NCBI RefSeq assembly: GCF_018977255.1
Contig: NW_024704742.1
Location: 66,714,001-66,778,000 of the forward strand
DNA: 64,000 nucleotides
Origin: Callorhinchus milii
Taxonomy: Eukaryota
Direction of reading: 5' to 3'
In this document: in pieces, positions 25,709 through 38,305 of the stretch
How positions within the stretch are numbered: position 1 is the first letter of the stretch
Layout: every line of letters starts with the position of its first letter
Program-made: the position numbers and the translations under genes
The notes under the pieces: generated by a model
Seen by the model: only the letters and a program-made list of their open reading frames with translations
Database searches by the model: none
What the model was told of the DNA's origin: nothing

Positions 25709-27138
25709 GGACATAATATGGAAGTGTTCAGGCTCTAGATGAGAGCAACGAGGCTGATACTCAGAGGGATGAGCTATTGGTGGCCAAGCCTTAAATCACT
25801 GCACTCAAACCTCTGCACCTGTCTGCCTCCATCCCTGTGCCTCGACCCCTCTCTATTTCTCTCCAGTGACGACCTGGTTCAGGGGGTAGCACTCTTGCCT
25901 CTGAGGCACTACTCAAAAAGGGAAGGGAGTTTCTCCCACTGTCCTGGCCAACAATCTCCCAAACAAAACTGGTCACTCACTTCATGGCTTTTTTACTGTG
26001 TGCAACAGGGCTGCCATGTTTGCCTGCAAATACACAATATCAGTAAATCCTGTGAAGTGCTTTGGGGCATCCAGCGATGTGAAAAGTGCTATACCAAATG
26101 CAAACATTATCTTTAAAAACCCTAAAACCTACCTTTTCAACACCCCCTCCCCCTTCTCCCTTGCATAACAGCCAATCCTGCCACTGTGAAGAGCTACAAG
26201 ACATTATTCTACATGAATAATGCAAGTTGTTGTTGGGTAGAAATTCCAGCGGACAAGTTGGAAAGGAGGCAATATGAGAGATAAGGGTCAGTGGATAGAT
26301 TTGTAGGTGTAATAGCACCTCTTCAGAGCATTGAGACATCTCAAAATGCTTCACGGTATTTACTGTAAAGTGTAGTGATTGCATATTTGCAGGCAAACTT
26401 ACAACACCACTACAAAACATGCTCAAGGGAAGTGATAATAATAATCCTATCATAATCCCTGCATTTGATTCAATGGCTTATCAAGATGCTACACAAATAG
26501 ACAAAGGTATAAACTTGCCCCAATAAGTGACCGCAAGTATTTTATGAATGAAAATAATAATAGCCCTTGCATTTGATATAGCGACTTATCATATCTTCCA
26601 GAGGTCTCAAAGTGCTTCACAGAATATACTATAAAGTGAACTGACTGTATATTTTGTGAGCAAAACGTGATGATAGCTTATGACAATAAGTATGACCATC
26701 ATTGTAATATGAAACAGTCAGAGTCCAGTACATCTTTGAAGGTGGAGATCACTTTTCTGTAAGAACTGTCTAGGAGAGGCACCTCCAGCACCTTGGGACT
26801 GTGAAAGTTGTAAAAAAAACTTGCATTTATGTAGAGTCTTTCACAGCAACAAACCTCTCAAAGCACTTCGCAGTGATGATGAAGAGCACCAAAGAATGAG
26901 AAGAGGAACATCAACAGCAACTTGCACTTATATAGAGCCCTTTATGCAGGTAGCATCTCAGACTGGGGTATGGGAGAGGGGAATAGGAAGGGCTGGGAGG
27001 TTTGTGTGGAGTATAAATAGCAGCATGGACTGCTTGAGCCAAATAACTGGTTTCCATGCTATACCACTCTGTGAAACTCTATGTACATCAAATAACTAGA
27101 TGAATGTGTTACACTGTTATATTCATGCTCCGTCAGTG

Positions 27139-27403
27139 TTCAGCACTCAGAGGCATTATCCTGTGCGAAGGGCGCTATATAAATGCAATTTGTTGTGGTA
27201 TATTATTATACATAGCAGTAGTGTAGTCCAGTTCCATCATTGCATTTTTGCATTTGACATGGAGCCTTTCATGACAGAAGATCTAAAAGTGCTTCACAGG
27301 ATTTACTGTGACGTGTAGTGACTGTATTTGGGAGGCAAACGCAGAGCTAATTTATAACAATGTCCCACAAAGACCCCTCCACTATGACGTACCATGAGCA
27401 ACA
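27139..27403 (+). repeat. Local direct duplication, copy 1 (L2 tail + unique spacer + inverted SINE tail)
   Basis: About 11 differences by eye over ~265 bp versus 28289-28553. Confidence 0.95.
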
Positions 27404-28288
27404 AGACTCCACTGGTTATAGGATCAGTAATATTTGTATAAAGTACATTTAATGCATTTTTATTGCATTACAGTATAGATAAGCCATCAGGATGATCTGC
27501 CGGGTACATCGATAATCTCTGCTGGAGGCACAGAGTGCTAATCACATTTTGCGTTCTCTTTTTGCTGCAGTTTCCAGGTATTTATTTCAAAAATGTCTTC
27601 TCGTGACTCCTCTTACACCCATCCACCCACCTACCCACCTCAATCCTCTTCTCGTGAAAGCATTTAACAGAGTTTTCCTTCAGATTAGTATCTAACCGAG
27701 CACTACATCAGGACTTTGAGTACTGGCTGACACTCCAATGCAGTGCTGGGAGTGTTCTGCATTATTGGAGGTGTTGTCCTTCAGTGGCTGTTCGGGTGGA
27801 AGTTAAAGATCGTATGGCACTGTTTCAAAAGAGTTTTTCCCAGTGTCCTGGCCAACAATCCCCCAAATAAAATTAATCATTCACCTGCTTCATTGCTGTT
27901 TGTGGGACATTGCAATATGCAAATTGGCTTCCTCGTCCACCTGCAAAATACACAGTCACCACACTTTACAGTAAATCCTGTGAGGCATCCTGCAGACCTG
28001 AAAGGCGCTATACCAAATGCAAGGATTATTATTATGATTATTAACACAATACAATTTATATTTATATAGCACCACATTACATTTATACATTTTATATTTT
28101 GGGATGTGTCAAATCACTTATTAATAATAATAATAATCTTTGCATTTGATATAGCGGCTTATCATGTCATTGAGACATCTCAATTCACTTGTATAGTGAA
28201 ATGGATTGACTGTGTATTTGTTGTGAATAAGTGGCCATAATTCCTATGTTAACCCTAATGTTAGTCTGCACAAGAGGTGGAGCACTAA

Positions 28289-28553
28289 TTCAGCACTCAG
28301 AGACATTATCCTGTGCGAGGGCGCTATATAAATGCAATTTGTTGTGGTATATTATTATACATAACAGTAGTGTAGTCCAGTTCCATCATTGCATTTTTGC
28401 ATTTGACATGGATCCGTTCATGTCAGAAGATCTCAAAGTGCTTCACAGGATTTACTGTGAAGTGTAGTGACTGTATTTGGGAGGCAAACGCAAGAGCTAA
28501 TTTATAACAATGTCCCACAAAGACCCTTCCACCATGACGTACCATGAGCAACA
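28289..28553 (+). repeat. Local direct duplication, copy 2
   Basis: Near-identical to 27139-27403, including the non-repeat spacer. Confidence 0.95.
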
Positions 28554-29284
28554 TGAGTGAGAAAGGCCAGGAGGAGGCATGTTAGAGAAGTTCAGTGCCT
28601 CCTCTCCCTGCATCCACACAAATATATTATCCAAGAGTGGGCACTAAAAAGAGCATTGAGGTCAATAGCAAAGCCTCCAGCTGAGATCAGCCACCCTCGC
28701 ATAGATTGAGGGAAAGGATTCAACTTACAACTTACAACTGGTGTCTCAGTTATGAGTTGGGTTGTTTTCCATACTACTGCAATCACTTTCAGAATGAACG
28801 TGTTTTAGAAACCCAGGCATCCACTAGTGCCACACAGAGTTGCCCAGGCAGCCAGGCACCGCCCCTGACGTGCGCTCAAGACTCTCCATTCAATTGCATA
28901 CCTCAGCCACAGTTCCATATTGCAAATACATAAATCATAATGTTTCAACAAAAGCAGAATTTAATTTTCTTCTTTCAGCCGTTATCTAGACTGGGTGGTA
29001 TTCGCCCAATGCTGGAGCCGAGTCATTTATTACACTTGCTGAATGGAGAATGGCAGCGAGAGTCCATTATTCTGGGAATAGGGTTGGGGGTGGGGGGGTT
29101 GCGGCTTTGTTAAAGCTTCAAGTATGCCACTGAAGCCTCCGTTTCAGTGTTAAATCTCTTTACATCGAGCAATGCGCAACACTTCATTATTTAACACTGG
29201 AGGCGATTTAAATGGTCCAGCGTTTGGCTAAGCACATTTTTGTTAACGGAAGATCAGAGCGTGTATGTGAAGAACCAACACAGA

Positions 29285-29602
29285 TAATAATATTAATAAT
29301 CCTTGCATTTGATATAGCACCTTATCACGTCATTGAGACGTCTCAAAGCGCTTCACAGAATATATTGTAAAGTGAATTGACTATTTTGTGGGAAAAATAT
29401 GGCAGCCAATTGTGCACAGCTTTGTTCCACAAACAGTTATGGATTAAGCGACTACATTTATTTATTCTTTTGAAGGGATTATTACCCCCGGAAAATCGAT
29501 CTACCAATTTACTAACAACCGGATCCCTACTTACTTTTAGGTAAACAGAGGCCTGTGGAGTAAGGAAACTTGCCAAAGGTTTCATCCTGCCCGGGAATCA
29601 AA
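29285..29602 (-). mobile_element. SINE family A, head truncated
   Basis: Well-preserved reverse tail (ttgagacgtctcaaagcgcttcacag) and middle domain. Confidence 0.9.
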
Positions 29603-29967
29603 TCCAATGGGAAGGGAGTGTGGCTTTTGGTGGGGTTTGGGAGTGGGGCAGGGAGGTAGGGTTGCAGAAGCCTTCCTTTTGCTAAGCAGTGGTACTTTTT
29701 ACTCCGCACCCCAAAATAATTAGCTTTATTTATCTTGTTGGCCAGGACACCATGAGAAAATCCCTACTCTTTTCAAATAGTACCATGGGATCTTTAATGT
29801 ACCCGTGCACAAGCACAGACGGGCCTCAGTTTAATGTCTCATGGGTTGAACGGCACCTCCAAAAATGCAGAGCTCCCCCACTCCCCCCACCCCTCCCCTA
29901 GTACTGGTGTGGAGCATCAGCCTAAACTCTGAGCTCAAAATCCCCTTGTTCAACCCACTTCTGACAC

Positions 29968-30605
29968 AAACAATAACAACTTGCACTTACATAGCGTTCT
30001 AACACAGGGTGCTTAACAGTGGTGGAGCGTGACTCCAAGTCGGGCGTGTGGGGAGGTGCGGAGGTGGCCTTAAGCATAGTCAAAAAGTAAGGTGTTCAGG
30101 CGGGACTTGAAAAAGGAGAGAGAGGGGGCAAGGTGGAGGGATTGTGGGAGAGTGTTCCAAAGTTTTGGGGCATAGTGGCTGAAAGCACGATCTCCAAAGA
30201 TGAAAAGGAGGGTGCGAGGGCCGAGCAGGAGGCCGGTACCAGTCAAGCGGCGGCGCCGGGTGGTGGATTGAGGAGTTCGGAGAGGTAGGGAGGTACCGTG
30301 GAGTGAATGGATTTGAACACGAGCGTGAAGATCTTGAAGTTGATTTGTTCAATGATGAGGAGCCTGTGGAGCCTGGCCAGAATTGGTGAGATGGGGGTAT
30401 GGAGTTTGGTCCGGGTAAGGGGACATGGGGGGTGGGGGGCAGGAGGATGCAGCCAATGGGATATTTTCAATCTTTGAGGCAAAGAAGTCTAGGACCTCTT
30501 CGAACTTGGCGTTTAATGTGAGGATAGAGGGAGTTTGAGGGGTTGCACGGAGGAGGTGATGGACAGTGGAAAACAGTGTACTTGGGTTGTTTTTGGCCTC
30601 CAGAG
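29968..30605 (-). mobile_element. L2 LINE with internal deletion
   Basis: Minus peptide KNNPSTLFSTVHHLL...EEVLDFFASKIENI joined to TPISPILARLHRL..EQINFKI and the 3' tail. Confidence 0.9.
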
Positions 30606-31149
30606 TCCCACAAACATGAGCCAATCTGATGTAAAATGTAGGATATGTAGGATTCCCCATGGGAAGAAAAATCTTTGACCGTTAAATTACCAGGATCTGA
30701 TCAAAACATTTAGACATTTCTTCCCGTGGTCCATTGTTTTACAAATGCAGGCTTGAAGGTGAAGACAGCAGAACCAGATGTTACGTTGAAGCTTTATTTT
30801 CCAATCTTATATAATAATAATCCTTGTATTTCATATAGCTCCTTATCACATTGTTGAGACATCTCAAAGCGCTTCACAGAATATGCTGTAAAGTGACTTG
30901 ACTGTATATTTTGTAGGCAATCTTACTTTTGCACATCAATGCTATTTGAAGTGAATATACACTGACATTGCTCACTGATTACACGCTAATCCTACTCTTT
31001 TCTTGCAAATATCTGGGATCCGTGGATTCATAGAGACTTGCATTAAAACGGATTAGAATGCCATTGCAATGAATAGGGGGTGTGCAGGCGAATGTGTAAT
31101 TTTTTTTTATTCAAGAGAAAAAAAACTTGCATATAAATTGGTTTTACTT

Positions 31150-31780
31150 ACAGTCAATTGACCTAGAAGTGGATGCAACTCTATTTCTTATCTATTCACC
31201 CAAAGCCACTTATAAAAGTTAACAACTATATGAATTAATTTTCAACTGATTGCCACAATGAAATAATTGAATGCCCGCACAAGAAATGACCACGTTTAAT
31301 TTAACTCTTCGAAGGCCAGGTCACACCGAGCATTAACAACAGGCGGGGTCTCGGAGAGAAATGGAAGGGAAGGGGAGAGCACGGGGGAGGAGGAGAGGAG
31401 GGGAAAGGAAAGAGATGTGCGTGGTGATAATTTTACTTGACACGATCGCCGCTATGATGTCTAGAAAATTAATTGCAAGTGCCAGTTTCAAAATTTCAGG
31501 CCGAGGCTTACTTCAGTGACCAATGACCATATCAATGCATTGGAGACAGGGTTTCTCACAATGCTATTTCTACAGTCCAATGAGTTGCATGAAAGGAGTC
31601 AGTGAAGCGTGGGCGGTGTAATAAAATCATGGGGATAAAAGTTTCCTGCTGCTCACTAAAATCTATTACAGCGTTTTGTTAATTTTAAATGTATTTAGAC
31701 GCCGTGCATGTTCTCTATTCACTCTTGTCAGCTGTTGCACACAACAGCTAATGAGACTGGGGGAAAAAACATGTATGAGA
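31150..31780. promoter_or_regulatory. Putative conserved non-coding element
   Basis: Repeat-free, retains CpGs; AATTAATT, GTAATAAAA and TGTCAG motifs. Confidence 0.4.
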
Positions 31781-32927
31781 TCTAAATACAGTAGCCCCTC
31801 ACCACAGCAAGGCCAGTGAAGCCCAAAGAAAATCACGTCTCACCAAAAGACATGTTACACAGAGACTCTTTTGTATTATGTCTCCATCAGGGAGGGAGAC
31901 ATAAACAGTGGGCATCATCAAGAGATTATCCACACCCCTTGATTATTAGATCACTTGGAAAGGACTGGTTCTACATTTGAATTGTCTAAAACAACAAAAT
32001 ATATATTTTACAAAATGCAGTAGACAGATCTTTTTATTTAAAGGCACCTCCAACAATTCAATCCTCACATGGGGCTTGAACCCACAAGCTTTTTGATCCA
32101 AAGATTGGAGTGCTACATAATGAGCCAAGTTGATACCTACAATTTCGCTTTAAAGATATATGTGTATATTAATTATAAGAAAGAATAATTAGCACAGGTC
32201 AAATGCAAGGATTACTGAATTTTCAGTCTTGAAAGGAAAGATCTTGGCAGATTATTAGTTCTTGTCAGATCTTTCAATCCCAATGCCCCACCTTTGCACC
32301 AAACCCTTTAATACCTCTACTATCTATTTGATTATTTAATTATTTAATTAAATTAAGTAATTATTTAACTAATTATTCTACGCCTATTTGTGGGACACTG
32401 CTGTGCGCAATTGGTTGTCTCGTTTCATCCACAGAATACAGTCAATTCACTTTACAATATAATATATTCTGTGAAGCCCTTTGAGACGTTTCAACAACAC
32501 AGTAAATTGCTATATCAAATGCAGGACTTATTATTATTATTATTATCCTGTTGTATCCTATTCTGTAGCTTCCTGGGGCAGAACATTCTACATCATTGGA
32601 TTCCCAGTGGCCAAGAAATTTCAGTAACAGCAAAACATAGAAGTACAGAAGGGGGCCTTTCAAACCCTTCTGTCCATGGCGTCGCTACGTGCTTTCCTAA
32701 AATTCCCTTTTTTAATTAAGATAATTTTCCTTCTCTTGCCCATATCCTTTCTTCGTATCTCTTACAAAACTGAATGAGTCGGATTATAGTATGATAGAAA
32801 TTTAACACCATCGAGTCTGCAGTGGATCTCAGAGTTCTTATAAAAAGGACAATATTCTTTGCAATTGATGTACCGTCTATAACGTCAAAAGATTGTTACT
32901 CGCTTAACAGGGAAATGCTGGCAAAAG

Positions 32928-33225
32928 CAACAACAACTTGCACTTTTATAGTACCCTTCACACGGATAGCACCGAGGAGCGTTTAACAGTGGCTTAGTTT
33001 TACGTCAAACCAGAAAAGGGGGAGTGGAGGTGACCGAAGGCACGGTTGAATAGGAAAGTCTTCAGATATGATTTGAATATGGGCAAAGAGGGGGCAAGAT
33101 GGAGTTCTGGAGATTTGGGACATAGGGGCTGAAAGCATGACCTCTGATTGTGGAATGATCGGAAAAGAAAGTGCAGGGGCATGAAGAGATTTGAAAGTGA
33201 GAGCAAGGATCTTGAACTCGATTTG
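32928..33225 (-). mobile_element. L2 LINE 3' fragment
   Basis: EQIEFKILALTFKSLH and FKSYLKTFLFNRAFG on the minus strand; L2 tail near 32930. Confidence 0.88.
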
Positions 33226-34784
33226 TTCGGCATCAAGTGCAGTGAATGCATATTTGTAGGCAAATAAGGCAGCCAATTTTGCATGCGGCAAGGTTCAACA
33301 AACTGCTGAGAAACGACTGACCAATTTATTTGGCGGATTGCTGGCCGGGGAAATGCTGCCTTTTCTGAATGGTGTCACAGGATCTTGGATAAATATCTAG
33401 AAAAGCATCTGTCTTTGACACAAGCTGCCTCTGGGGGGTGTTCAGGGTGAAGTAATAAATAATAATAATAATCCTTGCATTTGATAAAGTGCCTTATCAC
33501 GTCTTCGAAACGTCTCAAAGTGCTTCAAAGAATATACTGTAATTTGAATTGACTCTGTAGTTTGGGACGAGACGTGGCAGCCAATTGCACACAGCAGTGT
33601 CCGACAAACAGTCATGGATTGAGTGACCAAACTATGATCATTTTTTATCTTATTTGTTTTTGAAGGGCTTATTACCCCTGGAAAAGTGATTTGCCAATCG
33701 ACTAACGACCAGATTCCTTCTTACTGCTAGATGAACAGAGGCGTGTGGAGTAAGAAAATATCGGGACGTACTGCAAATGATAGGGATGGGGGGGAGGGGT
33801 GGGGGTTGGGGAGGGGGAGGGGGTCTGCGGAGGACAAAGCACTTGGCAGTCTTCCCTGCTTGTATTCAAAAGCAACTCCAGCAGTTTGGACGTATATGTG
33901 CAGGGAATTGGCTGAGACAGGTTATTCAAGCGTGTGATGAGCTGGACACCGGAGAAGCAGGCAGAGTGGTCAGGGAGGGTGAGGGAAGCGTTTATTCAGA
34001 GTGTACAGACTGAGCGAACTTGTAAATAGATCTTGAAAGAGTCCGCACACAACAGCATGGGAAAGGATTTTCACTTGGGGTAACCTGGTCCCCGTGATCT
34101 TCCCACTGGTATAATTCAGTTGAAACCCTGTGCGCATCATCAGTGTTAAGTTTGAACACGAGAGAGAATAAAGAATGCATAATGGCGGATTGCTTTCCGG
34201 GGGTAATAATCCCTCAAAAAAATGTGGTCACTCAATCCACGACCGTTTGTGTGCAATTGGCTGCCGTGTTTCACCCACAAAATATACAGTCAATCCACTT
34301 TACAATATATTCTGTGAGGCGCTTTATGATGTCTTAATGACGTGATAAGGCGTTATATCAAATGCAAGGATTAGTATTATAAGAACACATGCATAATTTA
34401 TACCACCAGTGCTTGGTGCTTGAAAAATCCAACACGACAAAGCCATAACTTGAATATTACAGTCTTACTTGTGAGTGGGTTCAACATCCTGACAATGTCA
34501 GTATGCTTCGAATCAAGCTTTGAATTAAGTGTGAAAACAATCTGGCAAAGGAGGTAACTATGTTTTTTTTTGCACGGAATTTACAGGGGAATGACAACAA
34601 CCACAAATTACACTTGTATAGCTCCCAGTTTCTACAGTTACTTCAGTTTCTGGGAACGAAAAAGAATGAGGGTGAAAAATGCAATGTGCAATGTGATAAA
34701 TATCACATGTTATGCTTGTATTCCCTTTGTCCCATTGTCCCCCCGTCCCCTGCTCCCCTCTCCACCATCACCACTCAACCTTGC

Positions 34785-35105
34785 TGAGATTCTCCCAATC
34801 AGCAACTGTTAATCCTGCAAGCCAAAGCCCTAACAGGTAGGGTGGTCCTTGGTGGAGAAGCAGCGGGAAGCTTGCCAGACAGTTATTTGTTGGTTAAACT
34901 CCATCAGTTACCCCAATGCACACTTGGAGGTGCCCAAGCCTTGACTCTTGCAAACCTGTACCAAATACTCTCCAGAAATAGGTAAGGAGGGTGCGTCTGT
35001 CTAGAGTGAGAGTAAGATTCCATGCCAGACAGGAACATTTCCATATGGAGATGGCATATATAGAAGTCTCAGTCTGGTTTGGATACTCTTAAGCATGGTG
35101 ATGGG
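34785..35105 (+). repeat. Family X copy (extends to the right-hand end of the family)
   Basis: Core ctgttaatcctgcaagccaaagccctaacaggtagggtgg; end gtctggtttggatactcttaagcatggtgatg matches the reverse copy near 49365. Confidence 0.85.
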
Positions 35106-35479
35106 GATGGATTTCTGCATATTTCAGACACCCGACTGACCAAAGAAAATTGAATCCTATTGTGAATACAATAATCAAGGAATGTGCTGTGATGCTGAAT
35201 GAACATCCTCCAATATACGTTATTCATGTTCTCTCAACCTGTGTGGTGTTCTGGTCAAAATCTTGTTTTGTACCGATCAATGACATCGCCACGGTCTTGC
35301 AAGAAATGGATACTGGCATAAACTGGGCCAACCACAGCCAGTTCTGTGGGTTTATTGACCTTAGATTACTGTGCCAAACAGAGCATTAAGTTCCTAGATA
35401 CAAATATACAGATTGTGTCGAACAACAACATTGCCAACGCTGACATTGGGTTCAAGTCCCACTTCGGGATATAGTACTT

Positions 35480-35860
35480 TATTAGGTTGTCAAGAGATCT
35501 CAAAGTATATCCAAGGATTTTACTTTGGTGTAGTGACTGTGTATTTGTAGGCAAACACAGCAGCCATTTGTGCACAGCAAAGTCCCACAAAAGCTATGAA
35601 ATGAATTACCAATTTTATTTTGGGAATTGTTGGCTGGGACATTGGGAGAAACTCCCTTTTTAATGGAACTTTAATGTCCTTCTGAACAGGCAGTAACCTT
35701 GGTTTAACGTCCCATCTGACAATGCAGCGTACCCCCAGCATGGCACTGGAGTGCCAGTCAAGACCGTATGAGTTCAAACTTGTAACGTGGGCCTTAAACC
35801 CCCATACGTTATGCTTCAGAGAGAGACAAGAGTGCTCCCAAATGAGCCAAGCTGAAACAT
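35480..35860 (-). mobile_element. SINE family B (DeuSINE), near full length
   Basis: Reverse tail, Deu segment and head (gagtgctcccaaatgagccaagctga). Confidence 0.85.
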
Positions 35861-36404
35861 AAAGTTAGAATTTAAGTACAATTCAGCATAATGTATGAAG
35901 AGCTCCTCTTTCACATAAGCAGTTGTGTTGTCCTCTCTTTGTTATCTAACCACTCTTAGATAGTAAACTCTGAATGTAGACAAGAATAGGTCGCTAACAA
36001 TTTTTCTGCAGAAATTAGTTGACACACCTCAATGTAGATAAGAGAGCGCGGCAGCATTAACACCCCAGTGCGCATTAATTTTTCCCAAATTAAAATCCAT
36101 GTCACAGCATTTAAGATTGAGGCCACTGTGGTTCAGTGCTGTGTGACTGCCAACTTTGATAAAAAGTGTTTTAAGAGAGGTGAGATGTAGATAAATCGCT
36201 TTGTTTCATGCAGCAATGCGAGGGGAGAATGTTTAGTCCATTGTCTCCATCAAGTCGTAGCGCCACACTGCCGTTAGCAAACATACAGCTAAGGAAGTTG
36301 AACAATAAACTGCAAAGTACGTTAATACATTTTTACTGTGTCTTCTGCCTTCCNTTTTTTTAGCTTTGCAACTTTTGGGATTTGCAAGGCTTTAGCACAG
36401 TGAG

Positions 36405-36823
36405 TAATAATAATAATAATCATCATTGCATTTGATATAGCGCTTTATCACCTCATTGAGACATTTCAAAGTGCTCCACAGAATAAACTGTAAAGTGAAT
36501 TGCCTGTAATTTTTGCGCGAAACGTGTGCAACCAATTGCACACAGCAATGCCCCACAAACAGTTGTGGATTGTGTGACCAAATTATTATTTTGTTGTTGC
36601 TGTTGTATTATTATTTTTGGAGGGATTATCATCCCCAATTAGTGATCCGCCAATCGGGTTCCTACTTATTGCTAGATAAACAGAGGATTGTGGACCAAGG
36701 ACACTTGCCTTAGGTTTTGCCCTGCCCAGTAATCTAACCAGAGTCCTCTTGCTTGCGAGGGAAGCTAACCAGGGTCCTCTCGCTTGCGAGGGGAGCACTC
36801 TTACCACCAAGCTACAGGACTCC
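36405..36823 (-). mobile_element. SINE family A, full length, with ~31-bp duplication in the tRNA head
   Basis: ctaaccagagtcctcttgcttgcgaggg followed by ctaaccagggtcctctcgcttgcgaggg; ends ctacaggactcc. Confidence 0.9.
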
Positions 36824-37879
36824 ATAGCATAGTGATTAGTGATTAGTGCAGTAGGCAAACGTGGACATGATGAAAATGTGGAGGGAGCCCAAGGGGAGAG
36901 AGTGTCAGAAGTGGGCAATGTTGAGCGAGTGAGAGCCCTGATGAAGACCACAGCTGGGACTCTACTCCTCAAGGTTACTAGCATTCCTTAGGCTGTTGCC
37001 TAGGTCACTGCTGCACTCCTAATAAACCCTGTTATCTTTCCCTCGTCTGCCATTATCTGGCAGCACCCTTCCATAGAAATACATCAGCAACAATATCTAT
37101 ACAAAACAAGAGCAGTGATACAATCTCATTGTTATCTTCTTACCCAAAAAAATGTTAACATAAGAATCAGTGAGAGAAATATAGTCCCATGCGAAGTCCA
37201 GGCTTCCTTCTTAGGAGCGTCAGCTTGGCTCAGTTGGTGACATCCTCACTTTCAGGTCAAAATTGCCTACAACTACATAGTCGCTACACTTTGGCAATAA
37301 TTCCCTCGTGGTGCACTTTGTGATGATTCAATATTCTAGGCACATAATATGGATATAATTATTATTGCATGTTAGGATTTGATCTCACAGCCTAGGCCAG
37401 GGTGGTCCAACTGGCAGCCAATTTCATCCGCAGCCCCCACCCACCCCATTCCTTCCATTTCATCTGGCCCACCTGCTCCCTCCATAACCCCACAACCCAT
37501 ATATGTTATGTTTCTGAAAGGGCGGAAAAACAAAACTATTGCTTATGTAACCCGAGGATATTTCTCAAACAGGGCATCCGGCCCTCAGCAGCCAAAAGGT
37601 TGGACCCCACCCCTGGCCTAGGCTGACACTCCAGTTCAGTGCTAGATTGCCAGAAGTCCTATTCTTCAGCTGAAATATTAAGCTTTCTGCCTCTTTGTTT
37701 GTATTGGTCAGCCAAGTCTCTAACACTCCGGGGGAATTTTGGCCAGAGTACCAGGAGAAACTCTCTTCTCTTTTCAAGTCATGCCGTGGGATCTTTAACA
37801 TCCAACTGAACAGGCAGACAGGACCTCGGTTTAACGTCTCATCCGAAGTATGGTACCTCCAACATTGCAGCCAGCACGT

Positions 37880-38305
37880 GTGTCATCCAGGTTCGGTTGG
37901 TATGACTCCCATCTCTGGGTCAGAAAGTTGTGGGTTCAAGCCTCATATTGGAACTCACATAGTCCGAGCTGACACTCTAAGGTAGTGCTGGGGATATGTT
38001 GCATTGTTGGAGGTGCCATTCTTTGGATCAGGCATTAAACCGAGGTCCCGTCTGCCTGTTCAGGTGGATGTTAAAGATCCCGTGGTACTATTTGAAAAGA
38101 GAAAGGAGTTTCTCACAGTGCCTTGGCCAAATATCCCTTAACTAAAATTGGTAATTAATTTCATGACTGGTTTTGGGACACTGCTGTGTGCAATTGAGCT
38201 GCCACTTTCGCCTACAAATATAGTCAGTTCATTTCACGTAAATCATGTCCTCCCGATATGAAAGGTGCTATACCAAATGCAAGGATTCTTAATTATTATT
38301 ATTGT
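37880..38305 (+). mobile_element. SINE family B (DeuSINE), full length, well-preserved copy
   Basis: Head with B box gggttcaagcc; Deu domain ttaaaccgaggtcccgtctgcctgttcaggtggatgttaaagatcccgtggtactatttgaaaaga; tail cctcccgatatgaaaggtgctataccaaatgcaagg. Confidence 0.92.

Noticed and set aside
27139..28553. LTR retrotransposon
   Set aside because: No clear shared TG start, PBS, PPT or internal coding; the repeats are composites of SINE and LINE tails.
29190..29200. TAACACTG (miR-200a/141 5' end) in a hairpin arm
   Set aside because: Sequence beyond 8 nt does not match the mature miRNA, and the loop is too long.
36354..36354. Single N base
   Set aside because: Assembly ambiguity, not biology.
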